The notes beneath the pieces were generated by a model. It did no database searches. It was not told the origin of the DNA and was given only the letters and a program-made list of their open reading frames with translations. The position numbers and the translations under genes are program-made. Positions 25,176-38,475 of a stretch of DNA of 64,000 nt are shown in pieces. The stretch spans positions 13,764,001 to 13,828,000 of the forward strand of contig NC_086108.1 in assembly GCF_963921235.1 (NCBI RefSeq), written 5' to 3'. This stretch comes from Mobula hypostoma. Its lineage: Eukaryota. Each line of letters starts with the position of its first letter. The stretch's first letter is position 1.

Positions 25176-25479
25176 AATGTGCTGTACCTTCCTCTGATAG
25201 CACCTCCTGAACTCACACACTTCACCTCCAACAAGGGCAAGAGCAACAGCAGCAGGAGATCACCACTACTGGCAAGTTCCTGTCTCCAGTATGTCACACA
25301 ATATCCTAACTTGAAAATATATCATCAATCTTCTATTGGTAGGTATACTGTAAGTCACAGTCATAAAGTGTAAAGCCCCTTGACTGATCCTTTACATCAG
25401 CATCAGCCAGCCATTTGCACATGATCCTACATTAATCCTGTCTTTTATTTCTCTATATTCTCTCCACCCAACCAAGATT

Positions 25480-25660
25480 CTACCACTCACTCATGCACTT
25501 GGTGCAATCAATAGTGGACAGCTAGTTTACCAATCCACATATCTATGGAATGAGGGAGGAAACAGTGCCCCCACAGGCAACCCACACAGTTATAGGAAGA
25601 AAGTGCAAACCCCACACAGACAGCAGTGGAGGTCAGCATTGAACCTGGGTTGAGCACTAT
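25480..25660 (-). mobile_element. V-SINE-like fragment
   Basis: Reverse complement gives CCAGGTTCAATGCTGACC...CTGTCTGTGTGGGGTTTGCAC, as in 50645-50880. Confidence 0.55.
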
Positions 25661-25829
25661 TTTGCACTGGGACCTCCATGCTCAGTGCAGTGTGTTTCCA
25701 GCAACCTTCTGAATGGGTTATAAAATGCTGGTCTTACCAGTGATGCCCAGTATCACAAATTAATACAAAAGGTACTGTAGAGGATACCAACAACATCCAC
25801 AATGACTAATCCCTAGCGTTTCTGAAAGA

Positions 25830-26390
25830 GTGTCAGTAGGGTGGTCTGGATATTGCTGATACCAGACCCCTGTGTTAGGGGCTTCTGTCAGAGATGGTGC
25901 TAATCTCAGACTCGTGTGCTGGCATGTGGGTCTGGGACATTTCTGATCCCAGTCTCGTGTAAGATCCCAGCACTGGGTGTGTGGCACTGGAATGCTGCTC
26001 CCTACAGACAACTGTATTGGGTGGAGTGTCAGTCTGGGTTGGGGCTAACCTCAGAACCCAGTGTTAGGGATTTGGTTCTGGGATGGGGCTGACCACGGGC
26101 AGCTGTATTCGATGTGGATCTAGCTGGTGCTGACCACAGAACACAGTTTTGTGTGGGGGTGTCAGTCAGACTCGGTGCTCAGAGTCCACTGGTATGGATC
26201 TGGGTCTGGGTTGACGACAGATGCTTGTGTTGGGGAATGGATCTGGGACATTGATTACCTCAGAACCCAGTGTTCAGTGGGGGTGTTGGTCTGGGATGAA
26301 CAGAACCCAGTGTTGATGGTGTGGGTGTTGGATGGTGCTGACCTCAGTGTTGGATGGTTGGAGTGGGATGGAGCTGAACAGACGCCAGGG
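25830..26390. repeat. Degenerate about 45-bp tandem repeat (CTCAGAACCCAGTGTT...GGTCTGGGATGG..CTGAC)
   Basis: Recurrent motif visible by eye. Confidence 0.6.
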
Positions 26391-26439
26391 TGTATATTGT
26401 ATACATTTCTCTGACTTTAAACTTTACCTTTGAACCTTT

Positions 26440-27810
26440 GAGTTAGTCTGACCTCAGTGGTTGGGAAGATGTTGGAATCACTTGTTAAGGATTAGATCTC
26501 AGGGTACTTGGAGGCACATGATAAAATAGGCCAAACTCAGAATGGTTTCCTTAAGGGAAAATCTTGCCTGACAAACGTCAGAATTCTTTGTAGAAATAGT
26601 AAGCAGGATAGACAAAGGAGAATTGGTGAATCTTGTGTATTTAAATTTTCAGAAGGCCTTTGACAAGGTGCCACACATGAAGCTGCTTAATAAGAAAAGA
26701 GCCCATGGTGTTACAGGAAAGATACTAGAATGGATGGAAGATTGGCTGATTGGCAGGAGGCAAAGAATGGGAATAAAGGGGACCTTTTCTGGTTGGCTGC
26801 TGGTGACTACTGGTGTTCTGCCGGTGTCAGTATTGGGACAGCTTTTTTTTATGTTCTAGGTCAATGACTTAGATGACAGAATTGATGATTTTGTGGCCAA
26901 GTTTGCAGACAATACCAAGATAGGTGTAGGTAATGTTGAGAAAGCAGGGAGGCTGCTGAAGGACTTAGACAGATTAGGAGAATGGGCAAAGAGTGCCAGA
27001 TCGAATAGAGTGTGGGGAAGTGTATGGTCTTTGGTAGAAGAACAAAAGCATCAACTATTTTCTAAAAAATTCAAAAATCGGAGCTGCAAAGGGACTTGGG
27101 AGTCCTCATGCAGGATTCCCTAAAGGTTAACTTGCAGGTTGAGTTGGCGGTGAGGAAGCCAAATTCAATACTAGCATACATTTCAAGAGGACTAGAATAT
27201 GAAAGTAAGGGTGTAATGCTGAGGCTTTATAAGGCACTGTTGAGGCCACACTTGGAATATTGTGAACAGTTCTGGGCCCCTTATTTAAGAAAGGATGTGC
27301 TGACATTGGAGCGGATTCAGAGGAGGTTCATAAGAATGATCCTGGGAATGAAAGGATTATCATATAAGGAGCATTTGATGGCTCTGGGCCTGTACTCACT
27401 GGAATTCAAAAGAATGAGGGAGGAACTCTTTGAAGCTTAACAAAAGTTTAAAGGCCTAGACAAAGTAGATGTGGAGAGAATGTTTCCTATACTTGGGGAG
27501 TCTAGGACCAGAGAGCACAGCCTCAGAATAGAGGGGTGTCCTTTTAGAATGGAGATGAGGAGGAATTTCTTTCGCCAGAGGGTGATGAATCTGTGGAATT
27601 TGTTGCCATAGGAGGCTGTGGAGGCCAAGTTTTATGTATATTTAAGACAAAGGCTGATAGATTCTTGATTGGTCAGGGCATGAAGGGAAATGCGGGGGAA
27701 GGCAGGAGATTGGGGCTGAGAGGGAAAATGGATCAGCCATGATGAAATAGTGGAGCAGACTCAATGGGCTGCATGACCTAATTCTGTTCCTATGTCTTAT
27801 AGTCTTCTGG
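26440..27810 (+). mobile_element. CR1 ORF2 3' part
   Basis: YLNFQKAFDKV, KFADNTK, RPHLEYC; 3' UTR. Confidence 0.85.
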
Positions 27811-28222
27811 TCTAAACGTGTCCCTCTACATCCACCCATCGTCAACAACTCTACAGTTAGCACCATTTCTACATTCAGGTTCTTTGGTGCAATTATTTCA
27901 CATCACCTCATGTGGGAGAACCATTAGTAAAGAGCTAAGGATTGGTAAAATTCCATCTTGCCCAGAACATCCCGGTGCAATCCTACGCTGCCATCATAGC
28001 GAGCATCCTCACATCAGCCATGACTGTCTGGTTTGGCACAGCACCCTCTCACAATTTACAAACGTACAAAAACTACAGTGAACTGTCAGGTCAGCAGAAA
28101 CTGTGATTGGCTGCAGTCTACCAACACTACAGGACAAAGAAGCAGGTAGGAAAAATCTACCCACTCTGCAAAATGCCTTTTCCAAAAACTCTCTTCTAGA
28201 AAATACTATTAGATCAGATCAC

Positions 28223-28895
28223 TGTAAGCAATGAATTAAGTACTGACTATGTCTGTGACTGCAGTGTGTTTGAATAATTTCTCACAGCTGCCTTCTTTGG
28301 AGCAAGGTGATTAAAGTTCGTCCAGATCCACATAGATGTCTCTGGGCTTTTCACACCTTTTGATTTTGACAAAAAGCAGAACCTGATAGAAATTAGGCAG
28401 AACATTCCTTTCTTAATTAAAGCATAAATTTGACGGATGTTCTTATCTTTGTCATTAAGTTGTGGCTCCAGCAAACCAGGTAGGACATTCTTTTCTTTAA
28501 TTAAGGTGGCTGGAGTGTCTAACAAATTGATTGTACTTTTGTATCAATAGTCCATTAACTTGACCGGAATAGTTATCAAACTGATTGTTCTCTGTATCAA
28601 CAGTCCATTGACTTGACCGGAATAGTTATCAAACTGATTGTTCTCTGTATCAACAGTCCATTGACTTGACCGGAATGGTTATCAAACTGATTGTTCTTTT
28701 GTATCGGTGGCCTTATAACTTCTGACAATTCTGTTATCGGGCAGTGAACTTGTAGAACCGCCAGGGAGATGAGACAGGGTCTCTCCCTGATGTCAGGTCC
28801 AAGTTCACTCGCCGGCTGAGCTCGAAGAAATAAACGGGGGAAAAGATAAGTAACGACCTTTTTGTGCTGTCGTTATTTGATCCAGCAAAGTTACA
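28223..28895 (+). mobile_element. Probable solo LTR with 53-bp enhancer-like tandem repeats
   Basis: TGTAA...TTACA ends; about 3.3 x 53-bp repeats at 28525-28705, then TATAA (about 28713) and AATAAA (about 28829); TSD degenerate. Confidence 0.6.
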
Positions 28896-30499
28896 TTTAC
28901 ACTGTTCCTCACTGGATGTCTAAATAAATAATAAGTAAATAACCTCGCCCAATCTTAAAAGTTTCTTCCTCCAGCAGTTAATCCCCATCCCCATCTATCT
29001 ATTATCCCCATTACTGTTCTGACTGTAAACACGAAACAACTTTTTATAATGCTACTTACATTGGAAATACATGCTGGGTGGTTTTATGTATTTCAGCAAA
29101 TTTTATTCCATACCTGTACTTAACCATTTTATTTTTATATATTTTTAAAAATTCTTTACAATAGTTGAATTTTGTTGTTTTTTTTTTGTTGCTTGTCGCA
29201 CCCTGACCAACACCACAGCAAATTCCTAACACATGTAAATGTATATGGTGAACAAAGTTGATCCTTGCTCCTTGATAAAGATCTGAGTAAGGCTGGAGTT
29301 ATAACTGCTGCTGAAGTACTCAGCAGGTAAGAACATGCAGATACCTGTCGGAGAAAAGCACTTAAACAAGTGGTAAAAGACTGTCCCAGCGCAAGCCTGG
29401 AGAGCTGCGATACAGGCTCACGCCAATTCCAGGAAGGTGCCTTTAGTTGCAGTAAAAGATTGTAGAGGAAATCAAGGACAGTCTCTGAGTGGTAGGGCAC
29501 AAGGGAGACTGTAGATGCTGGATATCTGCATGCACAAAATGCTGGAGGAACTCAGTGGGTCAAGCGACATCCATGGAGGAAATTGTACAGTTGATGTTTC
29601 AGCTTGTGCCCCTCCACTCAAAATGCCGGAGAAACTAAATATGTAAGTCAGCTTTGCTTTTGTGGTCAGTGAGGACACCACACATGTCACCGCTGCTCTA
29701 AAATCTGCATATCACTCTCCTCTACTGATCACAGATGGATTGATGCTGATTATCAAAAAGAAACAAATCTTCAGAATCAGAATCAGGTTTATTACCACTG
29801 AATTAGAAGGCATGAAATGTGTTCTTGTGTAACAGCCATACAGAGCAAAGGCATAGGTTACAAAAATAACTAAGTTGTACATAAAGAATCATGAGGTCAT
29901 GTTCATGAATTCATGGGCTCGTGATAAAATACATTACCTTAGCAGTTCTACTCTGTCCTAAATAAACCATCCACAATTACTGATGAAGCAATAGATCACA
30001 TTCCAAAATATCCAGCGTCTTTGCCACATTTCCCCTAGATGTGGTGGAAGTTCAAAAGTCACTGACATAATTATAATGTAGCAAAGCTCCAGTATCACAT
30101 GGCACACCAGCAGAATCTTCATAAAAGGGTTAGGGTTAGGGCTCCCCTGTTGATTGAGAAACTGGCAGAGCTACTTCAAGTGCTGGGGAATAAGGGAAAG
30201 CACCCCGGGACTTCAAGAATTGCTCAATTACATACTCGTACAAGCATAGTGGAAATTTTCGAGTCTGCGATAATTACAGAGCAATCTATTTACTCCTGAT
30301 TGTTGGTAAATCATTGTTACATACTTGCTAATTGGACTGACCTCAATTTGAGGAAGTTCCACTTTCCATTTCTATAAAGGGCATGGAACTGTAGACACGG
30401 TCTTCAACAAGGCGACCCAAAAAGAAGTACCGAAAACGCAACTGCAGCTTGTTCACTACCTTTCAGAAGTTTGAGAGGAGGGAATTTCACTCAGTTCAC

Positions 30500-33480
30500 T
30501 GTCTGAGTAGAAAAAGGCAGTGAATGGAGAACTGGACTAGTGAGGCGTTATGGTGGAACTGAGAAATAAGAAAGGTTAATGGGGCTATATTACAGGCCAC
30601 CCAACAGTCCTAGGGATTTAGAGGAGCAAATTTGTAAAGGGGTCACAGACTGTTGTAAGAAACACAAGGTTGTTATAGCAGATGTTTTAACTTTTCACAT
30701 AATGACTGGGAATCCCATTCTGCAAAAGGACTAGATGGGATAGAGTATATCAAATCTGTTCAGGAAAGTTTCCTTAATCAGTTCCTAGAAGTCCCAACAA
30801 GAGAGTGTGCAATACTGGATCTGCTATTAGGGAATGAGACAGGGCAGGTGACAGAAGTTTGTGTAGGGGAACACTTTTCATCCGGTGACCACAATGCCAT
30901 TAGTTTCAAAGTTAATATGCGAAAAGATAGGTCTGGTTTAGCATTGAGATTCTAAACTGGAGAGAGGCTAATTTTGATGGTATCAGAAATGATCTGGCAA
31001 GTATGGTTTGGAACAGGCTGTTTTCTGACAAAGGTGTACTTGGGAAGTGGGAAGCCTTCAAAAGTGATATGTTGAGAGTACAAAACTTGTATGTGCCTGT
31101 CAGAATAAAAGGTAACAATAACATGTGTAGGAAGCTTTGATTCTCAAGAGATACCGAGGCCCTGGTTAAGAGGGAAAAAGGGGGTGCATAGGCAAGCAGG
31201 AACAAATTAGATTAGATTAGATTAGATTCAACTTTATTGTCATTGTGTCGAGGTGCTTAAGGAGTATACAGATTGCAAAAGAACACTTAAAAATAAATTA
31301 GGAAGGCGAAAAGAAGGCATGAAGTTGCTCTAGCAGACAAGGTGAAAGGGAATCCTAAAGGATTCTATGGAGCAAAAGGATTGCAAGGGACAAAATTGGT
31401 CCTCTGGAAGACGAAGAACGGTATCCATGTGTGGCACCAAAAAAGATGGGGGAGACCTTAAATGCATTCTTTGCAACTGTATTTATTCAGGAGACAGATA
31501 CAGAGTCTATAGAAGTGAGGCAAAGTGGCATCAACTTCATGAATCCTGTACAGATTACAGAGGAGGAGGTGTTTGCTACCCTCAGGCAAATCAAGATCGA
31601 TAAATCCTGAGGACCTGACAAGGTGTCCCCTTGGCCCTATGGGAGGAAAGTGCGGAAATTACCAGGGCCCTAACAGGGACATTGGAGGATAGCCAATTTT
31701 GTTCCACTGCTTAATAAAGGCTCTGAACATAAACCAAGAAATTATAGGCCGGTGAGTGACATCAGTTGTGGGAAAATTCTTGGACGTTATTCTGAGGGAC
31801 CAGATATATATTTGGCTAGATACGGACTAATTAGGGATGGCCAGCATGACTTTGTGCGTGGTAGGTCATGTCTAACCAATCATAGAGTTTTTCCAAGAAG
31901 ATACAAGGCAGTGGATGTTGCCTACATGGATTTTAGTAAGGTATTGTCACCCAGTTTGGATATGGCCCAAGTGCGGAGTGAGAGACACTGAAGCAGGTCA
32001 CAGACTTTAATGCAAACAATGTTAAAGGGAAAGGAAAACAATAAACACTGGGCCAAAGAGGGCCACTAACTAAAACTCTCAAATGGAAGAAGAAGCCTAC
32101 ACTGCGGTTGAAAAGAGCAACTAAGAATAGAACAAATACCGCTAGTCTTCAGAGTCAGTTGGCTTGACAGTCCAATTTCTCAGGCAAGGTGGAATGCAGG
32201 CAGCGAAATGTGTCTTGTGTCCAAGTCTCGACAAATACTACAATGGAATGAATGGTGTTAAATACTATCACAATGAAATAATAATTAGCTGACACATGCA
32301 TATTCACGAGCGCAATTTCCATATCTACTGCACTGCCGAATCCACGGTTGTGACAGGCATTTGACAATGTCCGACATGGGAGGGTGGTCAAGAAGGTTCA
32401 GTTGCTCAGCATTCAGGATGAGACAGGAAATTGGATTAGACATTGGTTTTGTGGGAGAAGCCAGAGAGTGGTGGTAGATGATTGCCTTTCCGACTGGAGG
32501 GCTGTGACTAGTGATGTGCCGCAGGGATTGGTGCTGGGTCAGTTTTTCATCTATATAAATGATCTGGATGATAACATAGTTAACTGGATCAACAGATTTG
32601 AGGAGGACACCAAGATTGGAAGTATAGTGAACAGTGAGGAAGGCTACCATGGCTTGCAGAGGGATCTGCATCAGCTGGAAAAATGGGCTGAAAAATGGCC
32701 GATGGAATTTAATGCAGACAGTGTGAAGTTTTGCACTTTGGTAGGACCAACTAGGGTAGGTCTTATACAGTGTACAGTAGGGCACTGAGGAATGTGGTAG
32801 AAAAAAGGGATATGGGAACACATGTCCATAATTTATTGAAAGTGGTGTCACAGGGAGATAGGCTCGTAAAGAAAGCTTTAGGCACATTGGTCCTCATAAA
32901 TCATAATACTGAATACAGGAGATGGGATGTTATGTTGAAGTTGTATAAGACATCGGTAAGGCCTAATTTTGGGTATTGTGTGCAGTTTTGGTCATCTACC
33001 TACAGGAAAGATGTAAGCAAGGTTGAAAGAGTGCAGAGAAAGTCTACAAGGATGTTGCTGGGTCTGGAGGACCTGAGTTATAAGGAAAGATTGAAAAGGT
33101 TAGGACTTTATTCCTTAGGACACAGATGATTGAGAGGAGATTTGATAGAGTTACATAAAATTATGAGGGGTATAGATAGGGTAAATGCAAGCAGGCTTTT
33201 TCCACTGAGTTTGGGTGGGACTACAACCAAAGGTTAAGGTGAGAAGTTTAAGAGGAAATTTCCTCACTCAGAGAGTTATGAAAGTGTGGAATGAGCTGCC
33301 AGTGCAAGTGGTGCACGTGAGCTTGATTTCAATATTTAAGATTTTGGAAAAGTACATGGGTGGTAGGGGTATGGAGGGAAATGGTCCTGGTGTGGGTCGA
33401 TGGGAGTAGGCAGTTTAAATAGTTTTGGCATGGAGGGCTTGTTTCTGTGTTACAATTCTCTCTGACTCTTTGACTCTTTG
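30500..33480 (+). mobile_element. CR1 LINE ORF2 (endonuclease + RT), decayed, with nested inserts
   Basis: YYRPPN, GDHNAI, FVRGRSCLTN, YMDFSK, YCVQFW motifs; TGACTCT-type tail. Confidence 0.85.
31945..32355 (-). mobile_element. Solo LTR (Gypsy-like) inserted into CR1
   Basis: TGTCAC...GTGACA termini; 5-bp TSD GGTAT/GGCAT; ATTAAA on - near the 3' end. Confidence 0.8.
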
Positions 33481-33557
33481 TCAATCTCACTGAAGGTTTC
33501 AACACTCGTTGTTGGGGGGTCTTATGGAAAGTCATGGCAAAGTATTTACCCAGAAAA

Positions 33558-33655
33558 ATACACATAAGATACTGGAGGAACTCAGCAGGTCAGGCAGCAT
33601 CTATGGAAAAGAGTAAACAGTCGACGTTTTGGGCTGCGACCCTTCTTCAGGACTC
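33558..33655 (-). mobile_element. Penelope pLTR fragment with degenerate mini-hammerhead
   Basis: Reverse complement: AGTCCTGAAGAAGGGTCGCAGCCCAAAACGTCGACT (G12 mutated to A). Confidence 0.7.
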
Positions 33656-33689
33656 ACAATCAGCACCAAGCAAGCATAAGTTACAGAAC

Positions 33690-34680
33690 TCTTCAGCACA
33701 TGACGTTCTGCCAACCAAAATCAGCCTACTCCACAATCATTCTGGTGTTCCCTCCTACACAGCCCAAAACGCTGCATTTCTGTTCCATCCACGTGCCTAA
33801 GAGTCTTAAATATGCATATTGCATTAGCATCTCCCACCATCGCCAGCAATGCCTTGCAGGCAACTACTCCTTTCAGTATAAAACACTTACCTCTGATATC
33901 GACCCTAAATTTCCACTTACTCATGTTAAATGGATGTCCTCTGGTATTGACCATTGCCACCTGGGAGAGAAGTGCTGGCTGTCAACTCTATCTATCCCTC
34001 TCATAATCTTGTATACCTGTATCAAGTCACCTCTCATCCTCTTCACTCCAAAGACAAAATCCCTAGCTTGCTCAAATCTTCCTCATGGGACATGTTTTCT
34101 AATTCAGGTGTAACATCCTGGTAAACATCCTCTACACCCTCTCTAAAGCTTCCACATCCTTCCTGTAATGAGGTGACCACATCTGAACACTCGAGATCTG
34201 GTCTAACCATAGTTTTATAGAGCTGAAACATCACCCCGTGGCTCTTGAATTCAATCCCCTCCAACTAATGAAGACCAGTACACCATGCACCTTATCAATT
34301 TAGGTGCTAACTTTAGGGGATTTACAGATCTGGACCCCAAGATCCTTCTGTTTCTCCACGCTGCTGAGAATCCCATGATTAACTTTGTATTCTACCTACA
34401 AGTTTAATCTCTCAAGGTGTAATACTTCACCCTTTTCTGGATTGAACATCTGCCACTTCTCAGCCTAGCTATATCTAGTTGTATTCTACAGCAACCTTCT
34501 ACACCATCCACAACACATTCAATCTTCTTGTCACCTGCAAACTTACTAACCCACCTTTTCACTTCCTCATCCAAGTCTTTTATGGAAGTCACAAAGAGCA
34601 GGGGTCCCAAAACAGATCACTGCAGAACACCTCTAATCACTGACCTCCAGGCAGAATACATCCCACCTGCTACCATACTC
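33690..34680 (-). mobile_element. Old CR1 3' fragment
   Basis: GPLLF...SKFAGD; QLYKTMVRPDLE. Confidence 0.75.
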
Positions 34681-34739
34681 TGCCATTATGCACCAACGTG
34701 TACTGAACACCCCAATACACAGAAACAAAATTCTTCTGA

Positions 34740-35200
34740 ATGATCAGCGGCTTTCAGTAGTGGACAAGTTCACAGACGTTGCTAGCAGTCTTGAGATCAG
34801 GCAACATTAGGATAGCAAAAGGCAGCTCTGCTTTAAGAATTAAAGTGTCAGAATGAAGAGGACAAAGCTGAAGATATACTGTACTATCGTCATACCCACA
34901 CTGCTGTACGCTTGCTAGGCATAGACATTGTACAACAGATATCAGACAGATGCCAGACTGCTCAAGGGCATCTAACTTGATTTGTCTGTGCAGAAAATTT
35001 CATACAACAAGGCAAGACTCCAGGCACACGGATTCTGTCCCAAACATAGCTGCACCAAATTTACATGTGGTTAAAAGAATTACAGAGCATGTCAAAAGAA
35101 TGTGTGAGCACAGGTTACCAAATCAGCTACGTTATACAGGCTCAGTGGTTGACAGGTAAAGAGATTTGAAAACTCTCTTAGAACATCCCTGAGGACATTA
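34740..35200 (+). mobile_element. Highly decayed RTE-like LINE fragment
   Basis: TKLKIYCTIVIPTLLYAC-like translation; HVKRM..HRLPNQL.Y. Confidence 0.5.
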
Positions 35201-35491
35201 AACCATCCCAATGGGAACATTGATACTGTACATCCCACTGGGAACAATGTATATTAGATCCTTTTTTGATGTATCTGCATAAAAAGAAAGCTAGAATGGA
35301 AGAATTCAGAGAAAAAGAGAATCTTGAAAATCAAGAACCACTGAAGCCACAGCATCCTTGCTCCTGTCACCAGAATGGTCTAATCACACTTCTTTATACA
35401 TATTATAACACAGTAGAGAAACATGTCATAGTTTTACTAGTTACAAACATCAGTGAGGACACCATAGCAAACCCAAAACAAGGTCAGATGT

Positions 35492-35619
35492 CCTGACGAA
35501 GGGTCCCGGCCCAAAACGTTGACTGTACCTCTTCCTGTAGATGTTGCCTGGCCTGTTGCGTTTCACCAGCAATTCTTGTGTGTGTTGCTTGAATTTCCAG
35601 CATCCGCAGATTTCCTCAT
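35492..35619 (+). mobile_element. Solo Penelope hammerhead/pLTR insertion with 9-bp TSD
   Basis: CCTGACGAAGGGTCCCGGCCCAAAACGTTGACT...; TSD GTCAGATGT at 35483-35491 and 35620-35628. Confidence 0.8.
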
Positions 35620-36249
35620 GTCAGATGTGCAGAGCTGGATCATCTACCCCAAGTAGGGGCAGATGACCTCTCCCTAGAATTGTTGCCTAGTACCCCCTCT
35701 CTCTCTGCTCCTTTAATAGTACTGCCTTGTTTCTTCGCACTGACACCCACAGATTGCCGCACTCTTCCTCTCTCCTGTTACCCTGGAGCTTGCCACTCTT
35801 TGGTTTCCCTCTCCCATTGCCTTTTTCTCCCGTTTTCGCTTACACTCTACTTTCTTTCCCACTCCGTTACCACTCTGATTTATCACTACAGTTTCATTCT
35901 CATTGACCTCTGGTTTCTCTCTGCTGCTGTCCTTACACCCATTTTTATAGTTATTACAGTGAAGGGAGAAACCATTTGGCCCACTGGGTCCTTTCCAGCC
36001 CAAGAGAAGCAATCCCATCCATCACATTCTCCCTCTCCTCATCTCCTGCTAATCTCACTGACATGCCTCTCACCTCTTTTGTTACTGGCCCATAGTGGGG
36101 GTCAGTTCGACAAAGAACCTGACAATTAACTGCTGGATTATCCACTGGTCTTTCTTATCCCTCATTTCTGATTCCCTTCTTTAGCAAATGGGGGATGTGG
36201 GGACTTATTCCCCTTGGTTTACGGGACATAAAAGAGTCTCATGGTGCAG

Positions 36250-38170
36250 TAGACAACACTGTCAGGGCAAACCAGAAAGCACGGCCGACAGCAGAGGTCT
36301 GTCCACTGCTTCGGGATCAGGACACTGCCTCAGAGCAGGGGACAGGACCACTCTAAGTTTGGCAAGTGCTGCGCCCTCCCTCAGGAAGGTAAAGTATGAG
36401 TATACACAAAAATCCCACAGGCACCTTTGTGCACCAGCAACGCTTGGTACATGTGGCAAGGTATACAAGCTATAACCAATTACAAGTTACCCTGCATGTC
36501 AACAACAGCAATGTCTCCCTTCCTGACAGGCTGAGTGCTTCCTATGCAGACTTTGAGCAATTGAATGATGTGACATCGAGGGAAAGCCCCTCTCTCCCCG
36601 AGGAACAGGCACCCTGTCCGGCCACAGCTGAGGTGAGGAGGACCCAGCCAGGGTAACCCCTCACAAAGCTGCAGGGCTGGACAACATACCTGGTCAGGTG
36701 CTGAGGGACAGTGTGGCCCAGCTAACAGAGATCCTAATGGACATTTTTAATATCTCTCTGAAACAGTCTACTGTCCCGACAGGCATCAAGACAGCTGCCA
36801 TCATTCTGGTGCCCAGAAGAGCCTCAGTAACTCACCCAAATGATTACCACCCAGTGGTGCTGACTTCAACAATCACGAAATACTCTGAGTGGCTGGTAAT
36901 GTATTTATAAACTCCCAACTTCCAGTTATATTGGACCCTTTCAAATTCGCCTACCACTCAAACCAGTCCACTGATTCTACAGTCTCAGCCCTCCACTCTG
37001 TCCTTTCCCACTTCGAAAACGACACCTCGTACACCGTAAAGTTGTTCATCAACTTCAGCTCCGCGTGATCATCTTTCAGAGGCTGGTGGGTAAACTGTCC
37101 TCGGTGGGATTCAACGCCCCTCTCTGAAACTGAATCTTGGGCTTCTTGACAGGAAGATCCCAGTCAGTCTGAGTTGGGAGCAACATCTCCAGCTCCATCA
37201 CGCTGATCACTAGTGCCCCCCTCCACCCCCCCGGGTTGTGTACTCAGTCCACTGCTGACTCACGACTGCACTGACAGATCCAGCTCAAACGGTACCATCA
37301 AGCTCCCTGATGATTCTACAGTGACTGGCTCAGCAGTGGCGTACAGACGGGAAGTGGAGAGACTCGTCAAATGATGCAAGAACAACAATTGAGTCTCAGT
37401 GTAGACAAGTCAAAAGAGATAATTGTGGACTTCAGGAAGGCACAGGTCGACCACTCTCCGTTGCATATCCATGGCTCTACCGTGGAGAGAGTGAAGAGTA
37501 CAAAGTTGCATGGTGTGCACATGGAGGACGATCTAACCTGGACTCACAGCACCTCTTCACTAGTCAAGAAGGCACAGCAGCATCTTCACTTTCCAAGGAG
37601 ACTGAGATGTGCAAGGCTCCCCGCCCCGATTCTAACGAATTTCTACAGGAGCACCATCAAGTGTGTCCTGTCTGGCTGCATCATTGTGTGATATGGAAAC
37701 TGAGAGGTGTTGGGCTGCAAGACCCTGCAAAGGCCGGTGAAAACCACCGAGAGGATCATCAGGACCTCCCTCCTCCCTATTTGTGACATTTACCAGCAGC
37801 GTTGCGGACAAAGGGCCCAAAGCATTGTTGAGGATCCCTACCACCCATCCCACAAACTCTTTGACCCATTACCATCATGAAGGAGATACAGAAGCATCAG
37901 GATTAGGACAGACAGACTGGGTAACAGCTTCTTCCCTCAGGCTGAGAGTCTAATGAATACCCTGCCATCACCGAGGTCTCATCACTAGGACAGCGAGCTG
38001 TTTACTGTTTACCTGTGCTGCACTTTACTACATGTATTTTGAATATTTTATTAACTTATTTATAATACAACACTTTGGCTGATGAGCTGTGTGTGATAGA
38101 TGTTATGTGGGTGCACCATGGTTCTGAGGAACATTGTTCTGTGCAGTCAGATGACAATAGCTTGAACTTG
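36250..38170 (+). mobile_element. Rex1-like LINE (RT to 3' end), decayed
   Basis: KAAGLDNIPG, NDYHPVVLTS, KEIIVDFRK, KKAQQHL motifs. Confidence 0.85.
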
Positions 38171-38475
38171 AGTAGGAGAGGAAATTGAAGGAGGTGTGAG
38201 GGAAACTGGCAGCTTGTGATGTTTTGTACATTCTCTACTCTCTCTCCCAGCTATTCCTGCCCGTCTAGTTTTCCCTAGAGGGTTAGTAACTTCAAATTCC
38301 TTTATATTATCATTTTAGGGGATCTGTCCTGGAACCAGCCCGTAAATGGCATCACAAAGAAGGTAAAACAGCACCTCCACTTTCTTAGATGCTTGCTTAT
38401 ATTTGGCATGTCATCTGAGACCTTGGCATCAACTATGGATGCAGAGTATTTGGACTGGTTGCTTCATAGCCTGGT

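Noticed and set aside
36165..36394. Apparent exon (TTTAG acceptor, AAG|GTAAAG donor)
   Set aside because: The 3' half is decayed Rex1-like ORF sequence; no recognisable host protein
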